64,000 bases of DNA from Octopus vulgaris (taxonomy: Eukaryota), in NCBI GenBank assembly GCA_951406725.2, contig OX597822.1, positions 20,646,001 through 20,710,000 on the forward strand, read 5' to 3'. Under the pieces are notes generated by a model. That model was not told where the DNA came from. It saw only the letters and a list, made by a program, of their open reading frames with translations, and made no database searches. Positions 25,708 through 39,247 of this stretch are shown one piece after another. Position numbers and translations under genes: made by a program. The stretch's first letter is position 1, and the number at the start of each line of letters is the position of its first letter.

Positions 25708-27799
25708 TAATGTGTGCGTGTGTGTTCATCATCATCATCATCATCATCAGCCTGATCATTATCCTTAAGTTCAATTGTTTAATATTTCCATAGGTTGGAC
25801 AAAACTGCATCTTGCTATTTGTTACATTTCTTTGTCATCTTTTTAAGGGGTTCAGCATCCTAAGATCAGGATTTCACAGTTCTATCATCATTCCTTAATA
25901 GTAACTCAATTAAACTTTCAGTCCACCCTTGTATTCTAGTGGCATTTGAACTCAAACCATAGAATAATCATTGTGCTATATTTAATCTATCCCTCAATGA
26001 TTTTAGTCACTCCATTATTTTCTTCTGTATTTTGAGTTGTGGAATTGTTAAAGTATTGGATAAAATTTCTTACAATATCTAGACATTACAAGTTCAAATC
26101 ATATTGAGGTCAACTTCGATCCTTCTAGGGTTGATGAATGAATTTATCTGTCAAGTACTGGGATCAATTTAATCAACTATCTCAACTCTACAGTACAAAC
26201 TCTTTGTAACTATGTGAGAAATCAATAATAATTATTCTTTATCTAGTAAAGAAAATACAAAGACCAGTAATTATCTTTTCACTATGAACCATCCTGTCTT
26301 GCTCTGCCTTGTTTCATAGAAGCATTTAACATCCTTTTATGCATATTTTATATATTGCTGTACAATCAGAATGAAGTAACAGGAGATGGGAAGGATAATT
26401 ATGCAGCCTCAGTAACATTTGTAACATGTTAATCTAAGGAAACTGTTCTTGCAAAGAAACAAAATCTATTACAAAATGATATCTTATTATCACACATTAC
26501 TATAGCCAATGGTGGTGGCTCTGTGTGGTAACTTTATCTAAATTTCCCTTATATCATTCCCTCTTACCTTCAAAAATACTAAAACAAGGAAAGATACATT
26601 GACTAATGTAGTCCTAGATGCATAATATCTGAAATAAAGGATACACTGATCATAGCTGGAATCATTATAGATATATTTGATCATGATTGATCAAGGGTTA
26701 AACAATAATAGCTATTGGTGCATCATTACAACTATTGATATTGACTATGTTAAAAGTTAGTCTTAAACAGGAGGAGGAGGTATTGTGCATGGAGTTAGTC
26801 CTAGCATACTATTAGTTCTGAGTTTATAAACTTGGATGGCAAATGAAATCTGGTGAGATTTGAACTCAAAACAGTGTAGTAATAAACAGCCTCCAGGCAT
26901 ACTTCTTAGTGTTTGTACATACCCAAAATAAAGGAATAATAGTGAAGAAGCAAAAACCCAACTAAAACAAATGCTATGCTGTTGAGGGACCTGTCTGTCT
27001 TTAGTTAATGAAGAAGAAGGAATGAAGTGAGTAACTAAATAGAACAAGAAATAAACAGTGATGCTGTCTGGTCTCTTTTCTAAAGTACTAATTACTTGAT
27101 GGTGAATAAGCTTATTTGGTAAAGAAAATATAATTCAATAACCAATAATTCTCTTCTATCAACTATCCCATCTCTTTCTGCCCAGTCCCAAGGTATTTCT
27201 TATAGTCATTTGTTTGTTTGTCTTGCTAGCAGAAAAACAGTGAAAAAGTGGTTTACTAGTAGATGCAAGGGAGAGAGTGAGGGAAAAGAGTGGGTAAGAG
27301 AGAGAGGAAGAGAGAAAGAGAAAGAATGTCTTTGGTTTGTCGATAAGATATCCGCTTCCAATCTCTAGCTCTGTTTTTCCTTAATTGAAACACTGCAGAA
27401 ACCTATGGATTTTAATATCAAGTGTGGAAGAAGAAGAAAGAGAAAGATAAGGAAAGTGGATGGGAAAGAAGAAAAAGAAGGAAAAAAGGATGGGAAGAAG
27501 AGGAAGAAATATGTTGAGAGAGTGGAGAGTTATTTGTAAAGCACACATTTCCTGCTTCATTTCGACACTGAAAATAACTTTAATAACTTGAGCCACGTCC
27601 AGCAGGGCATTTTGTAACATACACAGACAACACTGGAGGAAATTAACAAAACTGTGAGACTATGAGAGTAAAAAGATAGCAAAAGAACAAAAAAAAAATG
27701 AACCACCAACTGATTCATTTGCAAGACAAGGATTCTCACTAACAAACCACTCACCACCTGATAGAGAGAGAAAGGAAAATATTTTTACCTTTTTTACAT

Positions 27800-27842
27800 G
27801 ATTTATATATATATACACATACACACACAATCACATATACAA

Positions 27843-27880
<38 letters not shown>

Positions 27881-27968
27881 AAATGCACACACAACATAGA
27901 TATATCATGCAGAAACACTATATATATATATATATTATGTATGTATATATAAATTGTATATGTGATTG

Positions 27969-28040
<72 letters not shown>

Positions 28041-28080
28041 CAAACATGAACACATATTTATATGTCTATGTATGTGCTTA
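27800..28080. repeat. (TA)n microsatellite cluster
   Basis: Directly visible. Confidence 0.95.
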
Positions 28081-28912
28081 TGCAAAGTGCTTCTGGTGAT
28101 AATTTGTTGTTACACAACTTCCTGAAATTTTCCATTTTAGTTAACCACTACAAGTTCAATATATTATGTTATTGATCACATCTTCCCTATTTAGTCCTCA
28201 CTGGGTTCTCTAATTTTTAACGCCACAACCTCTATTATTGATGGCTGTGGTGGTACTGTTACTGTTGAATGACTGGAATCACTTTGCAAATTGTCAGATT
28301 ATTTTTCTTTCAACAGTTTTACTTTTGTAATTTCCATTATTGTAGCTGTTCCATCTTCTTTTTATGTGAGAGCGAGGGATATTTTTATCATTGCATTTTG
28401 AAACACTATGCACACATGTGCACATGCACACACACACACACACACACATACTCATACATTCACACAAATGATGTGTAGTCTGGCGATGTTAGTGATGCAA
28501 AGTGACTGAAACCATTTGGTTTTAAAGACTAGATTCACTTCAACATACATTGTCTATATTGTTCAAATGTTTCCTGAACTGATTTTCTGGGATTGTCTCC
28601 CTTCTATGATTCTTTCTTTTTTTTTTAAGATTTAAAATACTTCTTGGAGTTTTATTGTCTAATTCCTTGGATAAACTTGAAAGTATTTATATGTAGTTGA
28701 AGAACACTTCCCAGAGGTATTTTCCTCAGTTATGTCGTTGGAATTCATAGTTAGCATCACTACCCTCTCACTCTATATATATATTCACTGTTCGGCTTTA
28801 GTTTTACCAACTGAGTAGAATAGACATCTTGAAGGATATCTAATAACACTGGAACATGTTTGTTGCTTTTCATCAGTTGGCTGGCTATAACAACAAAATC
28901 CTTTCTAATTTG

Positions 28913-29175
28913 CATTGTGTATGTTATCTAAAACACAACCTGAACTCCAGACTACTAAGAAACAACATTGTCCTGACACAGACAATATTTGTAACCAGTT
29001 TGTTGTTTATGTCATTTCAGAAATGTTTCTTATTTCTCAGGTTTTATGATGAATTCCATGGAAATACTAAACTGAGATGTATATATCACTCCGTGTGTAA
29101 ATGTTATTATTTATTATCTACAGCAACATATGATAATAAGGAGATTTCTTTTCTTTTTATTTTTTTGTACTTATT
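28913..29175. repeat. About 260-bp near-identical direct duplication, copy 1
   Basis: Matches 30116-30376 except TTGTTGTTTA vs TTGTGGCTTA and small differences in the T-run. Confidence 0.95.
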
Positions 29176-29899
29176 CATTATTTTTAATAAAGCTATATTC
29201 TCTAGACACATCATCAACAATGTTATCAATCATAACAACAGTAAGGAAACAATAGAAATTCTTTTGTCAAAATTTAAAACAAAATTGCTTGTGGGGAAAA
29301 TTTTATTAAAAATTTTTTTATCTTACATCTCTTCTCAAATCCATTTAATTATCTTCTAACCAATACCTACACACGTTCTTTTCCAATTTTTTTTTTATGA
29401 AACTATTTTAGTAGCTAATAATAGTATTGTCAGTAGTTAAAAATGTTGTTATCGTTTTTTATGAAGTTGCAACTGTGCAATTTTGTCCATATAACAAACT
29501 GTATTACAAACTTTGAATGCTTCAATTTCAATCCTGGGTTGAAATTGCTACACTTAGAACACTATAAATGACTGGCACAAAGGTAACTTGTTCCATTTCC
29601 CACTCCTTGAATATGTGGGGCTTCATGCTTATATTAAAAAATCATTCACATGCTTACATTTTAAACTTTGCAAAACTTGATGAAACTAGGAGTATATACA
29701 AGGGAAAATTCTCATATGTACTCATATCTACAAATTTGGTTCTGTTTAAAAGGTAAATTTGTATTTGTTCTCCAATTATAAGTTAGCCATATTTAATTTA
29801 TGCTCGTTTTGATGTTGTAATATAATGATTATGAATTAACATTAAGTTATCCTATTCAACGACTTCTTCTTTTATCCTAGGAAAACTTTTAAACAATTA

Positions 29900-30020
29900 A
29901 TACTTTGCCTTTCATCCTTTTGGGATCGATAAAATGAGTACCAGTTGAACACTGGGGTCGATGTAATCAACTTATACCCTTCCCTGAACTTGCTGACCTT
30001 GTGCTAAAATTTGAAACCAA
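29900..30020 (+). mobile_element. Family-A SINE fragment (headless)
   Basis: ACTTTGCCTTTCATCCTTTTGGGATCGATAAAATGAGTACCAGTT. Confidence 0.8.
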
Positions 30021-30115
30021 ATGAAAACATGAGTAAAAAGTATTTTAATTATTTTTATTTTACATCACAATTTGTGAACAATAGAGTGGGTGGTTGCAGT
30101 TTTCTGATGGGCAAT

Positions 30116-30376
30116 CATTGTGTATGTTATCTAAAACACAACCTGAACTCCAGACTACTAAGAAACAACATTGTCCTGACACAGACAATATTTGTAACCA
30201 GTTTGTGGCTTATGTCATTTCAGAAATGTTTCTTATTTCTCAGGTTTTATGATGAATTCCATGGAAATACTAAACTGAGATGTATATATCACTCCGTGTG
30301 TAAATGTTATTATTTATTATCTACAGCAACATATGATAATAAGGAGATTTCTTTTCTTTTTTTTTTTGTACTTATT
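30116..30376. repeat. About 260-bp near-identical direct duplication, copy 2
   Basis: See the 28913-29175 feature. Confidence 0.95.
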
Positions 30377-31260
30377 ATGATGCTAAAATTGGTAAAGGAT
30401 TACCTACACAACCTAAGTGGAACAATTATTGTAGGGTAGTCCAATCTTGAGTAATGTTTCATGTTTTCTTACCAATGTTCTTTACATCTTTTATTGATAG
30501 ACATCAATGAAAGATAAACACACACATGCATATATTGTATATCAGCAGGCTTCCACATAGTCTCTATCCACCAAATTCCACATTTCTAAATGTGATATCA
30601 TAAATCTATGCAGAACTACAAATTATCATTGGAGGCATGGAAAAAAAATCAAATAAAATTACCTCAGTACCTCACTGGTACTTATTTCATTGACATTGAT
30701 TTTATGACTCATTTAGATATAAATACCAGTAATATAATAAGAGTCACATCAATCATCGATATTTCTCTACTATATATTAGAATGATTATGCATGTCAGAG
30801 TCAGTGGAACGTTGGACTAAATGCTTTGTTGTACCTCATGTTTTGAGTTCAAATCTTACTAGTGTCAATTTAATCATTTCATCCTTATCTAATCAACTAG
30901 ATAACTGTAAACCAATTGTGCTCCTTCACCAAAAAGCTAGAAATCATCATTATCATTATCACCACTATTATCTTCCTCATTAATGTCATCATCATGATCG
31001 TTATTGAAAGAGCAGGATAGTGGCAAAAATCGCTAGAGCACCTGACAAGATGCATTGCAGTCTTTAGTTACATCTCTTTAGGTTCTTATTTCAAATCCTA
31101 CTAAACTCAACTTTACTTTTGCATCCTTAGCGGGTTGATGAAATACGCACCAGTCAAATACTGAGGCTGGTGTAATTAACTGGAAACTTCCTCCCCAACG
31201 GTCAGGTTTTGTAAGGTTGTTTGAGGGACATTCACTGCTGTTAAAACAAAAAAAACATCG

Positions 31261-31293
<33 letters not shown>

Positions 31294-31916
31294 CTGTCGT
31301 CATCATTGCCATGGTTACCATTGTTGTTCTCATCATTGTTATTGCTGTTACTGCTGTTGCTTGTCTTGACAAAATATACACATTGCCCCATACTTGGATT
31401 ACATTTTATTGATTTTTCTTTAAAAATGGATATCTTTATTTATGTTTTATTATGCAGAGCCATTTCAAAGAAAGGTGAGAAATTTATTTAATTTTTTTTT
31501 TGGCCCAGTTTGGAGGAAAAGTAAAACAAGATAGTTTTCAAATATGTTTTTGCTTTAATTGTTTACAGTCAACACAAAATGTCAATAAGAGATAGAGGCA
31601 ATGCAACCTCAAAGAAAAACATTGATAACTACACAGAAAACAAATAGAAACAAAATATACAAAAGAATACTTTGCAGCAAGATAGATGCAATTTGAATAG
31701 CCAAAAAACAAAAAGAAAAACGATTGTTCTGTTGATAATTATAGCTCTAACAATTGTTTTGATGATTTACATAGCAATAACAATAACATACTGCTCTATA
31801 GATATTTCTAATAAAGAAATTCTGGAAATGAACATAGTCCAGTCAAAGAACAAAACTATGAGAGCAGTGTGTCCCAAAGGACTGTCACCTTGTCTAAGGA
31901 ACTTGTCCTAAATTAA

Positions 31917-32137
31917 CCCTTTTGTTACTGTATTTATTTTGAGATGCTCTGTGTTTTTTTCAATTATTTTAAATATAACAAAGAATTTAGTAAAATAACT
32001 TAGTTATCATTAAGCTAGTGTTAGGAATATAAATTGTGACTAAGGTTTGGTGGTATATTTTAATGCAAAACTTATAAAAACAAGACATTTGTACTACAGA
32101 GCCAGAGCCAGTTTTGACTGAGTTGGTAACGAAAGGG
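31917..32137. mobile_element. piggyBac-type MITE
   Basis: TTAA at 31913-31916 and 32138-32141 flank the 12-bp TIRs CCCTTTTGTTAC / GTAACGAAAGGG (one mismatch). Confidence 0.85.
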
Positions 32138-32179
32138 TTAAGCAATGGGTACGGTGGATTATTTATGCCTCACAAAATG

Positions 32180-33140
32180 AGAGATGTATTCTCTCAAAAG
32201 GTAATTTTAAAGAAGTCTTGGTGTATGTGTTGAAGGATGTAGTTTCTGTCAGCTAAGGTCCTCATACAACAGTGTTTGTAAGTCTTTCAAGACTGAGATA
32301 AGACATCAGCATAGATAATGTGCATACTATCTGCATATAGACAAGTCTGTATTGCACTAAATTTATTATAAGCACAACATTCAAGAGTATTGGTTAGCGA
32401 TGTCTATTCCTGGTGTTGTTATGTTTATAGTGCCATTGCCATATGGATTAGTGGTAACTGCAGAGGTAATGAGAAATGATATAATGAGGAACCAGCATGG
32501 TTTTATAAATCTTTATGAGCCCTCAAGACCATGAAAGTGAGAGAGAGAGAGAGAGAACCACCACCACTTGCATATTTGTTCATTTGCACGTGTTAGTTTT
32601 AATTCCCATGTTGCCATTCTTTTTTCCAACAAACTGTTTATCTTCCCATTGACTCTCAGCATCTTCATAAACTCCATGAGCCAGCAGTATAGAATATTGC
32701 CATAAGGCTTCCTGTAGTCTAGCCAACCAACAGCCATGTTCTTTCTGATTTATACTTCACTTAATATCATGTTATTGATAGACAACAAATCAGTTTTCCT
32801 TGACTTCTTTCTGCATCACTTTGCCTTTCTTTTAATAGATTTTCCTTCCGCAGAAAGCTATACACTTCAACTACTATGAAGCCATCTTATAATTTTCTGA
32901 GTAATAGCGAGTAAGTAATAGGTCTCTAATTACTGTCTTGCCCTCTCTTTTCTTTGTCCTTGTATTTTAGCATTGTCTTTCCTATTTATCATCCATGCTG
33001 GTGTTCCATTTTCTATGTAGTCAGTAAAAGATGGTTGTATATAACTGCATAATTGAGAGTTTTTTTCTTTGAACCAAAATCCCTTAGCACCATATGGTAC
33101 ATAGACTTACCAATTTGGTAATTTCTTAAGCATCCATTTC
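32180..33140 (-). mobile_element. Old R4/Dong-type LINE fragment (RT remnants)
   Basis: ORF 32513..32737 (VGWLDYRKPYGNILYCWL) resembles MAWIDYKKVFDSIPHTWI of the 50-kb element. GFWFK remnant near 33070. Confidence 0.7.
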
Positions 33141-33997
33141 ACTCTATTGACTATAACCTTCATCCTAAACCCAAAATTGCTGGCTTTGTTTCCAAATTAT
33201 AAAAAATCACTATTTAAAAAGCAATTAAGATATAAAAAAAATACTAGAAAATAAGAGAAATCATCATCATCATCATCATTGTCATTATCCTTATTATGGC
33301 CATGAGCTGGCAGAATTGTTAGCACACTGGGCAAAATGCTTAGTGGCTTTTCGTCTGACTTCAAATTCTGAGTTCAAATGATGCTATAGTCAACTTTGCC
33401 TTTCAAGTCTCATGCCTATAATAGAAAGACTTCTTCTTCTTCTTCTTCTCATCATCATGATTTGTATTATTATCATTTTCATCATTATTATTCTTCTTAT
33501 CATGTACTCAAACTTTTTTTTATCTTACTAGTGTAATAATAATTCATTGTACTCTATTGTCTATTACCCATATTATCATCTTCCTTATTTCTTGTTTCTC
33601 TCCTTGCGACTTCTCTTGTAATGCTGGTGCTACCGAAAATTGGAACTCTCTTCTATAGTACTTCAACGAAAGCAGAACCTGCTATTATTCTTTGCTGCAC
33701 AACATCAAAATTGATATTACTATTTACAGATAGAAACAAAGAAATATTAAAAATAACCATTATCATCTTATAGCATCAAATCAAACTTACAAAATGCACA
33801 CACTACATAGATATACCATGTAGAAACAATATATATATATATATATATTTATTGAAATGGATAAATGAATTATCTTGTTACGGATTATTCAAAATTTAAC
33901 CGATACCTGGGTAGCAAAAATCACAACAGAAAAAACACGGTTGAGGTTACGACCATGGGGTGTCGCAACCGTGCCTTAGCACGGATAATTGAAGTTT

Positions 33998-34278
33998 TAT
34001 ATATTTAGTGAAGGGAAGAAATGGAGCTGAACGAAGATTCTACAAAATTCCTTTTTATTATTTTCTACACATGTTTCAAAGGCTGCAAATTTCCAAATTC
34101 GGATTGAATAAGGAGATCATTTTGCAGCTTTCTCTTCAGCTTTCTCCTGAAGAGAAAGCTGCAAAATGGTCTCCTTATTCAATCCGAATTTGGAAATTTG
34201 CAACCTTTGAAACATGTGTAGAAAATAATATAAAGGAATTTTGTAGAATCTTCGTTCAGCTCCATTTCTTCCCTTCAC

Positions 34279-34288
<10 letters not shown>
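33998..34288. repeat. 291-bp near-perfect palindrome (142-bp arms, 7-nt loop) in a (TA)n tract; probable inverted Penelope-type pseudo-LTR
   Basis: Arms 33998-34139 and 34147-34288 are reverse complements with 3 mismatches; the loop is CTTTCTC. Confidence 0.95.
34141..34225 (+). ncRNA. Minimal type-I hammerhead ribozyme-like motif (mirror copy on the minus strand of the left arm)
   Basis: CTGAAGA (34147-53); stem II GAAAGCTGCAAA/TTTGCAACCTTT; GAAA (34209-12); C-ATGT-G mini stem III; GTA triplet (34218-20); stem I TTCTC/GAAAA with 4 of 5 pairs. Confidence 0.6.
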
Positions 34289-34316
<28 letters not shown>

Positions 34317-37279
34317 CACACAAAATGCCATTGTTACTTGTATATAAGATCATGAAGGAATATAAAAATAGAAGAAAAATGAAACTCGTAAAATAAAAAT
34401 ACAACAAAAATATAACTTTAACGGCAGTGGCAATAATAATGATGGTAGAAACATCATCATCAGCATCATCATCGGCAGTTGTAGTAGTTGTATTAGTAGT
34501 GGTATCATTGGCATTTTAATCATTCATCTTTCCTTCACTTATTATTTAATAACACACACATACACACATAAACGTATGCACACATACATGTGTGTGTATA
34601 ATTTATTATTATTATATTATTATTTTTATTATTTAAAACTCATTCAGGCTCAGATGACCAATTGGAAGAATACAGAAAGTCCAAGATGGCTACTAGAAAA
34701 TGGTCAAGGCAGGTCACATCATGTTATAAGAAGTGAGATCAGCTTCTTAGTGACACCAGATACATTAGAAATAACTTCTTGGACTGTGCAGCTAGACAGG
34801 AAGCTGGTAGCATCTAGGGCTCTGGTGGGCCTTTGAAGGAACTTTGAAGCCAACAGAAGCAAGGCTGGCAAAGGTGTGTGTGTGTATAAACTAGATGTAT
34901 ATGAGCTTGGATGTGGGTTTGTTATTGGATGTATGAGTCTGTGTGTGTGTGTGCGCACGTCTAAGTATGTGCAAGTGTGTGTGTATGTGTGTGTGTGTGT
35001 GTAAATATGTGTATATGAGCAAGAGTTTAGGATATGTGTAAGGGTGTATGTATGTGTGTACATTCTTCTATTTGTCTATAAACATCTAGGTGTATGCATG
35101 TTTGTCTGGAAGAATATACATGTATGCGTTTTTGTTTGGTATGTGCTTGTGTGTGTACACATATACACATACTCTTGGTATTTATGTGTGTGGATGTGAC
35201 AGATATATGCTAGTGTAGTGGCAACAGTGTTACTGTGGTAGGGGGGAAGAGGAGAGAGGAATTATACATAGCTGCTTGTGTGCTAGTGTATGTGCTTCTA
35301 TGGTGGTATGTACATAATGGACATAGATGTGTGTGTGTGTGTCTTTGTGTGCACACACACACACACCATGTGTATGGAGTTGAATGTGAGAGGCTATAGG
35401 TGGTGCTTGGGGTTGAGGGCTCAACCGACTGTCTGTGTAGAGAATGATGGTTAGGAGCTCTTCCTTGGTGGAACTGTCAGTGTTTAGGAGCAGCCATTGA
35501 TAAGATGGTATCTGGGCTGTTGGTAACTAGTGGGTTGAAATTCAGCAGTGGACATACCTTTCATGGCAGCAATAGGATACTTCATATTTCATGCTGATAG
35601 ACACTGCTGGTTCATACTGCTTATAGATAATGCAGGCTGATGGGGGTATGTGCAGTGTTTTGCCGGGGCAGAATTAGCAATTGCAAGTTCTGGGTGAGTG
35701 TATATATATATATGTGCATCATTTGAAAGGGAAATAAATTCTACATAAGGTGCAATAGATAATAATAATTTGTATGGTGTTAGTAACAAAATATTTTGTA
35801 AGATATAGACCTTTTATCATTGGTCTTAAATTTATTTTCGCCAGTGTATATATATATGCATGTATATATGTTTATAAATATATATATATATATGCACATA
35901 TATGCATCTATGTATATGTATATATGTATATATGTATTTATGTGTGTGTGTGTGTGTGTGTGTGTTTATATATATATATGTATATGTAATATATATATAT
36001 ATATATATATATATAACTTTGCTAATAACAATTCTCTTGCAATTCCAAGATTCTTTCATTCTATTTTTCAATGAAGCTAGAATTCTCTATTTGATTTTCA
36101 TTTTATTGTACTTGATGTTCATTGTGGAATAAAAGTCATCATTTTTCAATTGGGAACAATCATATTCCAGTCGGTGCATACATTATCACATTATTAATAA
36201 TTTTCTTTTCTTTTTTTCTTCATAATGACAATTGTAGAAGATTAGCCATAAAGAAAACTATACACATGGGTGTATAGAATCTATATGTATTGATGTTTAT
36301 GTTTTTAGTGCATCTTTGTCTTTCTAGATGTGTGTGAATATATACTTCTATGTCTGTGTGGGTGCATGTGTGTTTGTAAACACATGTATTTGTGTCTTCT
36401 TGTGTGTGTGTACATATGTATATGGCTTTAACTACAATAATTCAATAGAAGATCTGCCGCCTGCTACACTATTATAAGTTCCTCTTTAATTGTCAGTATA
36501 TCTTTCTTTCCATTCTAACATTTGAAGTTCTGTTAGTGCCTAGAGGGGCTACTCACTTTCCCAACTATATACAGTTTCTCACAAAATACCATCTTCTGTT
36601 TGTTGTCTTTACAGTTACAGAAAATTTTCCATTCGGAAGCTTCTCTCGCCGTTTGTGTGTATGCGTGTATGTATGTATGTGTTTATGTGTATGTATATAC
36701 ATGTGTATCCTTATGAGCACAATTATGAAACTTACAGTGTTCTTGTTTCTATCCAGTTCAACAAGTTATCTACCATCTAGGTTATCTTTCCTGTGAATAC
36801 AATTCTTCATTGTTTGATTTATAACAACATCTTGTATTAGAACATAATAATCTTTCAATGACAATTTGTATTTCTATTGGCAAGTACCTAATATTGTTCT
36901 TCGGTGACTGATTCAAATATTCGTTAGATATCTTTCTATCACACAGGTATACACATATAATACTCACACATATGAATAGATTTTTGTGCAATTAAACACT
37001 AGAAAAAAAAATAAAGCACTCAATACAAGTGAGATGAGTGATATAATGGAATTTATTTCAAACTCACTCTTACTTCTTTGAATTTCTCTCTTGATGTTGT
37101 TAGGCAATGTGCCCTAAATGTAAACTTGGAGTAGTTATCATGAAACTGAACTTCAAATCACACACATATCCACTGAACTTTGTTAGATCAGATTGGAGCC
37201 TGGTACAGCCTTCTGGCTTGCTAACCCTCAGTCAAACTGTCCAACTAATGCCAGCATGGAAAGCGAACGTTAAACACAT

Positions 37280-37525
37280 ATGTACATACATACATACATA
37301 CAAACATACATACTTGTACACACATACGTACATACATACATACACACATACGTACATACATACACACATACGTACATACATACATACATACATACATACA
37401 TACATACATACATACATACATACATACATACATACATACATACATACATACATACATACATACATACATTCATACATACATGTACACACATATGTACTTA
37501 CATACATACATGCTAACACATATAT
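37280..37525. repeat. (TACA)n microsatellite
   Basis: Directly visible. Confidence 0.97.
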
Positions 37526-37597
37526 GTAATGAAAGCCAGGAATTTTTTCCTTTTTGTTGCCTGATCAAATATAAACAAATGATAAACTCTGAGTGAA

Positions 37598-38035
37598 TCA
37601 TCATCATCATCATCATCATAATCATCACTTAACGTCCATTGTTCATGCTGGCATGAGTTGGATGGTTGACCAGGGCTAGTAAGCTGGAAAACTGCACCAG
37701 ACTCCTACCTGATTTGGCATAGTTTTCTTCGATTGGCTACCCTTCCTAATACCAACCACTCTGTGAGTGTAATGGGTGCTTTTACGTGCCACCTGCACAG
37801 GTGCCATTTGCATGACACCAGTATCTGCCACATCTGTAATTTTGCTTGGCTTGATGGGTCTTCTTCTTAAGCATGACATAATGCCAAAGGTCTCGATCAT
37901 TGCTTCCATGAGAACCAACACTCAAAAGGAGCTCAGCTACTTTGCCTCCCTGAGGCCCAACGCTTGAAAGGTTATGATTTGACTTGGCTTGACAGGTCTT
38001 CTGAAGTACAGCATATTGCCAAAAGTCTCAGTCAT
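37598..38035 (-). mobile_element. SINE/short repeat family E with RTE-like 3' end and (TGA)n tail
   Basis: (CAT)n-TTAACGTCC...CATGCTGGCATG...CCCTTCCTAA..CCAACCAC...GCTTTTACGTGCCAC. Homologous to 39248-39435 and 41391-41765. Confidence 0.75.
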
Positions 38036-38419
38036 ACGTGTGTGTGTGTGTGTATGTGTGTGTCTGCACGTCTAAGTAAGTGCAAGATTGTGCACTAAAT
38101 ATATGTGCATGTATCTGTATACACACAAACACATGCACGTGCATGCATGCACACACACACACACACACACACACATTCACATGTCTAAGGACGCAAAGGA
38201 ATTCCTGAGGTAAATCCAGTGGCATATTCCTCCATACTATTGTTGACATCAGGTAGCTGAATGTTGTAATTGGATTTTAAACAGCACACCACAAGGTGTA
38301 TATCCAAATATTAAATTATTACTCTACATATATACACACGCCAAATAAGTGTGATTGTGTAGGTGAGTGGGTGTGCAAATGTGAACAAAGTGAATAAATG
38401 AATTCACACACATACACAG

Positions 38420-38790
38420 GTGCATCTGGAAACTGTTCAGAAATGTGCAACAAAGCGAATACCCACCATCACACATCTACCATACTCTGAACATTTTGCA
38501 TTCCTGGGCATGGATACATTGAAGCCCAGACGTCTGGCAACTGACTTGATTGACACCCACAAGATTATCCACCATATTTCCAACAACAACATTGGGTACA
38601 TTTTTGAATTCCATATGACAAACACTCACGGACATGCTTATAAAATCAAAAAACAACACAGCACCCTGACTTTCGGAAACAATTTTCATGCTCAGAATTG
38701 CAGAAGCATGGAATAAACCACCTGCATCAGTTGTTAGCTGTCAAGACACTACATCCTTCAAAACTTCCATGTGTCCTGAATCTTTTTTAG
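38420..38790 (+). mobile_element. CR1-type LINE 3' fragment
   Basis: LETVQKCATKRIP...LPYSE...RRL..DLI...KI, THGHAYKI and RIAEAWNKPPASVV..SFK are typical of a CR1/L2-group ORF2 C-terminus. Confidence 0.85.
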
Positions 38791-39247
38791 TTGTAGTGCA
38801 CCTGAGCACTGTATACAACAATTTCCTTCATCATTATATATATGTGTGTGTGTTGACTTTCTGTGCAACATTTTATGACTGTTAGTCAATGTAATGTCAC
38901 ACACTCATTTCTGTTCCCACTCAGTGGTACCCTACACAGTGTTCAATATTTGGTGCAAGACTGTCTCTCTTTTCTATCTATTTCTCTGTCCTTCTCCTCT
39001 CCCCTCTATCTACCTCTCTACCTATCTGCTACTTTTCTCTCTTTACTGCCTTCCATTTCTTCCTCTGTCCATTTCTGTCAACTACCTACAGTCTATTTTT
39101 ATTTCCTTATTCTCCACACTCTCTCTTTCTTCCTACTTGCTCTTCCCTAACCTTCTCTACTCTCTTTCTTCACTCTTTTGGTACCAAAAGACAATTCAAT
39201 TTTTTATCACTCATTGCTTTTCTACTTGACCAGTGCATAGGTAAGAC

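Noticed and set aside
29035-29077. C-box (ATGATGA) and D-box (CTGA) with terminal stem, snoRNA-like
   Set aside because: The boxes are only about 20 nt apart, too short for a C/D snoRNA, and no guide is identifiable.
28856-29359. 167-aa and 142-aa ORFs sharing sequence
   Set aside because: The similarity comes from the DNA duplication; composition is that of AT-rich non-coding DNA.
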